Assembly: GCA_021775415.1 (NCBI GenBank) | Contig: JAJFHV010000002.1 | Coordinates: 98,581 to 162,580, forward strand | Direction of reading: 5' to 3' | Length of the DNA stretch: 64,000 bases | From: Hyphomicrobiales bacterium | Lineage (GTDB): Bacteria; Pseudomonadota; Alphaproteobacteria; Rhizobiales; Rhizobiaceae | In this document: one piece after another, positions 59,297-64,000 of the stretch | How positions within the stretch are numbered: the stretch's first letter is position 1 | How the letters are laid out: every line of letters begins with the position of its first letter | Notes under the pieces: model-generated | What the model saw: only the letters and a program-made list of their open reading frames with translations | What the model was told of the DNA's origin: nothing | Databases searched by the model: none | Position numbers and translations under genes: made by a program

Positions 59297-60133
59297 CTAC
59301 CCCTGCCACACCACCGGGCAGAGATCACAATGGATTGGGTCGCCCGGTTTGAGACCCAGTGCCGCAAGTTCATCGGCGAAGTCCGGGTCATGGCCGCCGG
59401 GTTTTGGGTTAAACACCGCATCATCGCCCAGCCACTGGAACGATACCGTCCGCCGCCCCAAATCCTTGGGAAGGTTTCCTGAACCCGCATGGGCCGTCAT
59501 GCCGTGAAAGAACACACAGTCACCGGGTTCCATCGCCCAACTGATGATGTCGAACCCATCCGGATTGGCGTCAATATCAGGAAACGGTTCCGCCTGTGTC
59601 TCTCCCTTCAGATAGTCCTCTTGCGGTTGATCGCTGAAATCGGGCCGGGCATAGGTCTTCCACAAATGCGAGCCTTGTACGAACTCTAACGCTGTATCTT
59701 TCGGCACCGGTTCAAGCGGTATCCAGCTGCTACAGGTCTGTTGGCCCCACGCGGCCCAGAACGGCATATCCTGATGCCAGGGGGTTCGTTTGGCGGTTCC
59801 CGGCGTGCGTGCAAACACCGAGGCGTAAAACCCTATCGCCTTTGATGAATTGAGCATTGTGCCAACCGTCTCACCGAGACTGGAGGTTTTCAGGAATGTC
59901 TGGAAGGCAGTGCTATCGGGCAGCATCACCGCGTCATAGGAAAATCGGCCGCTGCTATCTTCGCTGACATATTCCAGGTGGTGGCGGCTTGGATGCTTGA
60001 AGGCGTGATCGATGCCCTCGGCCAGCAATTCCATCATTGGTGGATCAAACAGCCCGCGCACCACCACCGCGCCATCGCGATGAAAGCCGGCAATGTGTTC
60101 TGACGTGAGTGGAGAAGAATGGGTTGTGTTCAT
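59297..60133 (-). CDS. phytanoyl-CoA dioxygenase (PhyH) family protein
   Basis: 278 aa; HxD (WHQD) and distal His (HGMTAHAG) typical of PhyH-type 2OG oxygenases. Confidence 0.8.
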   Translation of the reverse strand: MNTTHSSPLTSEHIAGFHRDGAVVVRGLFDPPMMELLAEGIDHAFKHPSRHHLEYVSEDSSGRFSYDAVMLPDSTAFQTFLKTSSLGETVGTMLNSSKAIGFYASVFARTPGTAKRTPWHQDMPFWAAWGQQTCSSWIPLEPVPKDTALEFVQGSHLWKTYARPDFSDQPQEDYLKGETQAEPFPDIDANPDGFDIISWAMEPGDCVFFHGMTAHAGSGNLPKDLGRRTVSFQWLGDDAVFNPKPGGHDPDFADELAALGLKPGDPIHCDLCPVVWQG

Positions 60134-60155
60134 GGCGTCAGACCACTTTGCGACT

Positions 60156-60392
60156 CTACTGCCGCACTTTCACGAAATGGACAAATCGCTGCTTGGCCAT
60201 GTCCTTGAATTCACAATGATGTTCTCGCGCCAGCTCTTTTAGTTCATCCCTCAGGTGATCGGGCGGGGCGTTGGAAGCCATGGATTTTATCAGGCCCTCA
60301 AGCACATCATAATCCATCGTCAGGCCAAAGCCCGGGGCCAGATTATCGAGATCTCGCCCCAGACTGTAAAAGGTGAATGTCTTGACCGGCAT
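60156..60392 (-). CDS. hypothetical small protein
   Basis: 78 aa; GGGAGG RBS; lies 22 nt upstream of the PhyH-like gene on the same strand. Confidence 0.5.
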   Translation of the reverse strand: MPVKTFTFYSLGRDLDNLAPGFGLTMDYDVLEGLIKSMASNAPPDHLRDELKELAREHHCEFKDMAKQRFVHFVKVRQ

Positions 60393-60590
60393 ATTAACCT
60401 CCCTTGAATGGCGGGCTGTTGTTCACTTCTGCGTCAATTATCAACCAAGTGCGGGCACTTTGTGCTAGAATACCGCAATCAGAAGAGTATCGCCACCCGT
60501 TGTGACGCGGAGCCGTCAAGTGGCGGCACGCAGTGCAAGCGTAGAACTCCGCGATACAGCGATGAACTCCAACCCTGAAGGAGGACAATC

Positions 60591-61025
60591 GTGAAAGTAG
60601 CAAATATTCTGAGTACAAAAGCGTCGGCGGTAATGACCGTGCGACCCACCGATACCATCGCGCAACTGGCCCGCCGCCTGCGGCTGGAGCGGGTAGGTGC
60701 GATGATTGTGAGCCAGGACGGCTCAACGATTGACGGCATTATTTCAGAACGCGACATCGCCTATGGGCTTGCTGAACATGATACGGCACTCGGCAATTTG
60801 ATGGTTTCCGACTTGATGACACATTCGGTCGTGACCTGCTCGCCGGACGACAATGTGTCTGATATTGCGAAAACCATGACCGAGCGACGCATTCGCCATC
60901 TGCCGGTCGAAGAGCATGCAAAGCTTGTGGGCATCATCAGCGTGGGCGATGTAGTCAAGCACCGGCTGGAGGAGTTGCAGCTGGAAGCAAATGTGTTGCG
61001 CGACTATGCGGTGGCTGCACATTAG
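60591..61025 (+). CDS. CBS-pair domain protein
   Basis: 144 aa; GTG start with GAAGGAGG RBS; two CBS motifs (GIISERDI, GIISVGDVV). Confidence 0.85.
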   Translation: MKVANILSTKASAVMTVRPTDTIAQLARRLRLERVGAMIVSQDGSTIDGIISERDIAYGLAEHDTALGNLMVSDLMTHSVVTCSPDDNVSDIAKTMTERRIRHLPVEEHAKLVGIISVGDVVKHRLEELQLEANVLRDYAVAAH

Positions 61026-61106
61026 GAATTTGACCAACATAGTCCTTGACCTCAGGTGGGGTTGAGGAATTAGGGTGGCCTTCGTTTTTGTGAGCGAAGG
61101 GATTGG

Positions 61107-61847
61107 TTGATGCGCGTTAGTGGCCGAAAATATGTAATTACCGGTGCGGGTCGCGGGCTTGGTGCAGCGCTGGCAGTTGTCATGGCAGACAGTGGCGCGA
61201 AGCTTGTGCTGCTTGCACGTACCAACGAGGCGTTGGCGAAGACGGCCGATACGATCCATTCCCGAACCGGACAGGTGGTCGAGACTGTTGTTTGCGATCT
61301 GGCCAATACCGCAAGTTGCACGGCGGCCGGGGAAAGACTGGTGCGGGAGCATTCGGATATCGACGGGCTCATCCATAACGGCGCGATGTGGCTTCCCGGA
61401 TCGCTTGCCGAAATCAGCGATGCGGACATTCAGGCCAGCATTGCGTCGGCGGCGATTGGATCGCTTATCCTGACGCGCCATCTTTTGCCGGTGCTCAAGA
61501 GTCGACCTGAAGCGGATATTCACACGGTCGTCTCCACCAGCGGTCTGGCCAATCTGCCGCTTGATGGCGTGTCGGTTGCTTTCAGGGCGGCGAAGGCGGC
61601 GCAGGATGGATTTGTCCAGGGTCTGGCCGATGAACTGAAGCAGACTTCCATCCGGGTAACGGCAGTTCATCCAAACAATTTCGAGGATATCTCGCCGCTT
61701 GAGCCGGCATGGGATGGCCCAAGACCCTCGAACCATCCCCTGACCAACCGGGAGGTGGTGGATTCGATTATGTTCATCCTCAATCTGCCGCCAGGTGTAG
61801 CGGTGAAAACGCTGGTCATTGAGCAACGCGGCGGTGATGGTTCCTGA
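61107..61847 (+). CDS. short-chain dehydrogenase/reductase family protein (atypical active site)
   Basis: 246 aa; TGAGRGLG cofactor loop, HNGA, STSG; FRAAK occupies the position of the canonical YxxxK. Confidence 0.8.
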   Translation: MMRVSGRKYVITGAGRGLGAALAVVMADSGAKLVLLARTNEALAKTADTIHSRTGQVVETVVCDLANTASCTAAGERLVREHSDIDGLIHNGAMWLPGSLAEISDADIQASIASAAIGSLILTRHLLPVLKSRPEADIHTVVSTSGLANLPLDGVSVAFRAAKAAQDGFVQGLADELKQTSIRVTAVHPNNFEDISPLEPAWDGPRPSNHPLTNREVVDSIMFILNLPPGVAVKTLVIEQRGGDGS

Positions 61848-61862
61848 GGCCATGCCGTTGGC

Positions 61863-62354
61863 CTACTCAATCGGCCACTCAAACATCAGCTTCATGGTGA
61901 CCGAGCCTTCGCCCCATTCCGGTTCCGAGGCCAGTTGAACCATGCCGATCTTGCGCCGGTTGAGAACGGTGCCATCGGCATTGGTAAGCAGGATCATCCC
62001 CGGAGCATCGGAGCCACCGCCCGGCATCGAGAACATCCGCGCTATTCGATAGACGGTCACGGTGTGCTGCCCGTCCGGGCTCTGCCAGCTTGCATAAACA
62101 TCCTTTTCGCGGGCGAAGAATACCGACAGTGTTACCCCGACCACGACAATCGCCAGCAGGATCAGCGCACGCTTGGGCGTGAAGCGGGGTTTGGGGACAT
62201 CGCTTTTGCTCACGTGAATGGCTTTGCCACCACTCCGCGGGGGCGCGGCATCAGCCGCGGCAGCCTCTTCGGCTGCTTTGGGTTTGTCTTCGCTCACTTC
62301 TATTTCCTTCTCGTCGTCCTCGGGCTTCACCCTGACCCTTCGACAAGCTCTCAT
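61863..62354 (-). CDS. single-pass membrane protein (hypothetical)
   Basis: 163 aa; charged low-complexity N-terminus, one TM helix (ALILLAIVVVGVTLSVFF), C-terminal domain; the first ~10 codons are derived from a repeat fragment, so the true start is uncertain. Confidence 0.5.
   Translation of the reverse strand: MRACRRVRVKPEDDEKEIEVSEDKPKAAEEAAAADAAPPRSGGKAIHVSKSDVPKPRFTPKRALILLAIVVVGVTLSVFFAREKDVYASWQSPDGQHTVTVYRIARMFSMPGGGSDAPGMILLTNADGTVLNRRKIGMVQLASEPEWGEGSVTMKLMFEWPIE
62325..62350 (+). repeat. partial copy (21/26 nt) of the right half of the 84-nt inverted-repeat element at 63731-63814
   Basis: cttcaccctgacccttcgacaagctc versus cttgcccctcgcccttcgacaggctc (63779-63804). Confidence 0.6.
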
Positions 62355-63250
62355 ACGGGTTCATTAGAGGTGAAGGTACAAAAAAAGCTTTGGTTCAAAC
62401 AATTAAGCTAAGGCAAAAACATAAATATGTGTTTGAAACTGATATTACTAAATTCTTCGACAACATTCCCCGCATGCTTATCAAGAAAAAGATCTCAAAA
62501 TTTCTTCGCGGATCAAACTTGATCCCGTTGCTCCACAAACTGGTGGATGTGGAGGCTAAACCTCGCCCTAGCTGCAACCGGTCAAGAATGGAGAGTTTGG
62601 GTGTGGTGAGTGGTCGTGGGCTTCGTCAAGGAATGCCACTGTCGCCATATCTAGCAAATCTCATACTCAGTGATTTCGACAAGAAAGTGATTCAAATGGG
62701 TATTCCGATGGTGCGTTACGTGGATGATTTCGTAATGTTTGCAAATTCCGAAAATGAAGCAAAGCAATATGAAAAATTTGCTCGCACTGAACTAGCCCAA
62801 ATTGGTTTGGAGCTTCCCAAGCTTGAGGAAAACGGAAAAACAAAGATCACCAAGAATCAGCAGTCATTTGAATTTTTGGGCATGGAAATTTATTATGCGA
62901 CGAATACTTCCACTTACGAATAGCGATTATCTTGCTCAAAGATTGATGCGATTCTTAATGCAACTCGCGAAGAGTTTACGATTCACAAGGCTATGAACAA
63001 TGGACTCAATTTTAGCCAATTCACTCAAAAGTTGAGCCGCAGAATTTTTTCATATCAATCTACGTATGCGGACGCTAAGAATTTTAACCACTTCAAATAT
63101 GAATTGAACAGTGAGGGAAAGAAAGTACTGCGCTCAGCTTTTACTGAACTCTTTGGAGCGGCTGCGTTGGAAAATTTGAATCCAAAGAAAGAAAAATTTT
63201 TGGGAATTGATGTGTTTCAGATAGATAGCGGAAATGTTGAGCCCGTGTAA
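62336..63250 (+). pseudogene. reverse transcriptase relic (stand-alone bacterial RT; 5-prime truncated, in-frame TAG)
   Basis: One frame carries RT motifs 1, 2, 4, 5, 7: SYGFIRGEGTKKAL, YVFETDITKFFDNI, GLRQGMPLSPYLANLIL, RYVDDFVMF, FEFLGMEI. There is a TAG at 62921-62923, and the same frame continues to 63250. No ATG precedes motif 1. The segment is AT-rich compared with its flanks. Confidence 0.7.
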
Positions 63251-63258
63251 CTTCCCGA

Positions 63259-64000
63259 TCACATCCCCGGCTTACCAGTCTTCTTGGGCCGTCCCCGGCG
63301 TTTTTGATCCGGTTTGTCCTCGTAGGAGCCTAAACCAATTTTGCCTCTCTTGATTGGCCTTGCCGACCCTGCCGGGTCGCCGCCCGTTGACGCAGTGGCG
63401 GTTCTGCTAGTCGCAGAACCTTCTGCTGCCACGGAGGCAGATTCTTTTCCCCGGGCCGTTGCCTTATCCTCGGGACTTAGCGGCGTCCCATACGCCGAGT
63501 TGGTGCCGCGATCATTGCGCATTTCTTCGCCGTAGCTTTTGCGGGGTTCGCTCCAGCTTTGTTTGTTTTCCGCCGACCCATCCGGGTCGCCGTCCGTTCG
63601 CGCACCGGCACTTCGGCTAGTCGCCGAAGTTTGTGCTGCCACGGGGGGAGGGGTGCCCAACGGCTTTTCCGTTCTACCAACCGTCATCTCATCCAGCGTA
63701 TTCTTTCTGAATAAGGAGGAGCCAGACCCACCCTCATCCTGAGCCTGTCGAAGGACAGGGTGGCCACCCTCGTTTCCACTTGCCCCTCGCCCTTCGACAG
63801 GCTCAGGATGAGGGGAATTCTTTTTCTTCTCCGGCTTCCCCTGCGCCTTGCGCTTGCGGGATTTCTGCGTGTTCTCAATCCCCACATCGCGGGCCAGCGG
63901 GTCATCGGCGACCGAGAGTTCAATCTCCTGCAGCCGTTTGATCTCGTCACGCAGGCGGGCTGCGGTTTCAAAATCAAGATCGGCGGCGGCGTCGCGCATT
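63259..64000 (-). CDS. uvrB: excinuclease ABC subunit B, C-terminal part (gene continues beyond the window)
   Basis: UVR domain DLDFETAARLRDEIKRLQEIE near the window edge, followed by a low-complexity tail of over 200 aa that contains repeat insertions. Confidence 0.85.
   Translation of the reverse strand, partial: MRDAAADLDFETAARLRDEIKRLQEIELSVADDPLARDVGIENTQKSRKRKAQGKPEKKKNSPHPEPVEGRGASGNEGGHPVLRQAQDEGGSGSSLFRKNTLDEMTVGRTEKPLGTPPPVAAQTSATSRSAGARTDGDPDGSAENKQSWSEPRKSYGEEMRNDRGTNSAYGTPLSPEDKATARGKESASVAAEGSATSRTATASTGGDPAGSARPIKRGKIGLGSYEDKPDQKRRGRPKKTGKPGM
63362..63434. repeat. 73-nt repeat, copy 1, inside the uvrB tail
   Basis: Contains hairpins cgaccc/gggtcg and ggttctgc-tagtc-gcagaacc; the paralogous copy lies 210 nt away. 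Confidence 0.8.
63572..63644. repeat. 73-nt repeat, copy 2, inside the uvrB tail
   Basis: Same architecture; the second hairpin is acttcggc-tagtc-gccgaagt (compensatory changes). Confidence 0.8.
63731..63814. repeat. 84-nt MITE/REP-like element: perfect 24-bp terminal inverted repeats and a 36-nt spacer, in frame within uvrB
   Basis: ccctcatcctgagcctgtcgaagg ... ccttcgacaggctcaggatgaggg; the spacer holds the 14-bp palindrome agggtggccaccct. Confidence 0.85.

Noticed and set aside
60744-61853. 369-aa minus-strand ORF, one of the longest in this part of the window
   Set aside because: It runs antisense to two family-supported plus-strand genes: the CBS-pair protein and the SDR. Its product is Arg/His/Cys-rich and low-complexity with no recognisable motif, which is typical of a shadow ORF in GC-rich coding DNA.
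62336-63250. Group II intron as the source of the RT relic
   Set aside because: The uvrB stop codon lies only 8 nt beyond the end of the RT frame. That leaves no room for intron domains IV-VI (no domain V-like hairpin). I also saw no maturase/HNH-like tail or intron 5-prime GUGYG consensus upstream. A stand-alone retron, Abi or UG-type RT fits better, though only profile searches can settle it.
63259-63915. Treating the long uvrB tail as a separate gene or as non-coding sequence after a missed stop
   Set aside because: The frame is continuous from the UVR domain to the TGA at 63259-63261 (read on the minus strand). The repeat inserts are multiples of three (84 nt; copies 210 nt apart). I therefore keep it as one ORF, while flagging that the extension may not be functional protein.
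1-64000. Search for rRNA, tRNA, tmRNA, CRISPR arrays, integrases, transposases, prophage genes and toxin-antitoxin pairs
   Set aside because: Reading the intergenic regions and the ORF track, I found no cloverleaf-like sequences, no regularly spaced direct repeats and no recombinase- or phage-like ORFs. This was an eyeball scan, not tRNAscan, Infernal or a CRISPR finder, so short ncRNAs could have been missed.

Overview
This 64-kb window looks like a chromosomal segment of an alphaproteobacterium. My guess is a marine Rhodospirillales-like organism, but I cannot verify that without a search. The phylum call rests on synteny typical of the group: petABC (cytochrome bc1), rplY/ctc-pth-ychF next to prs, lgt-midA/NDUFAF7-like-pgeF, DUF1285-CoA pyrophosphatase-CCA enzyme, and a MoxR-DUF58-BatA_N/DUF4159 operon. 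I call about 65 protein-coding genes. For many I moved the start to an internal ATG with a Shine-Dalgarno sequence, replacing the longest-ORF start in the track. I saw no rRNA, tRNA, CRISPR array, integrase or transposase.

- **1-48 kb:** ordinary core genome covering transport, respiration, translation, envelope and a two-component system.
- **About 48.3-60.4 kb:** looks accessory. It is a mosaic of mostly single-gene units (small secreted Cys/His-rich proteins, dodecin, GST, hydrolases, an orphan Tat-dependent solute-binding protein, enolase-superfamily, PagL-like and PhyH-like enzymes). A roughly 30-nt REP-like palindromic element, always in the same orientation, separates them.
- **Last 2 kb, the most unusual part:** an AT-rich relic of a stand-alone reverse transcriptase. 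It lacks its 5-prime end and carries an in-frame TAG. It lies between a membrane-protein gene and the 3-prime end of uvrB and abuts half a copy of a second repeat family. Palindromic repeats inserted in frame appear to have lengthened the uvrB C-terminal tail by about 200 codons.

I found no intact, clearly novel multi-gene system. The best leads are the RT relic and repeat-invaded uvrB end, a methylglyoxal-synthase-like fusion protein, an internally duplicated His/Cys-rich secreted protein, and a 47-aa ORF too short for the supplied ORF track. All family assignments come from motif recognition by eye and need HMM or BLAST confirmation.
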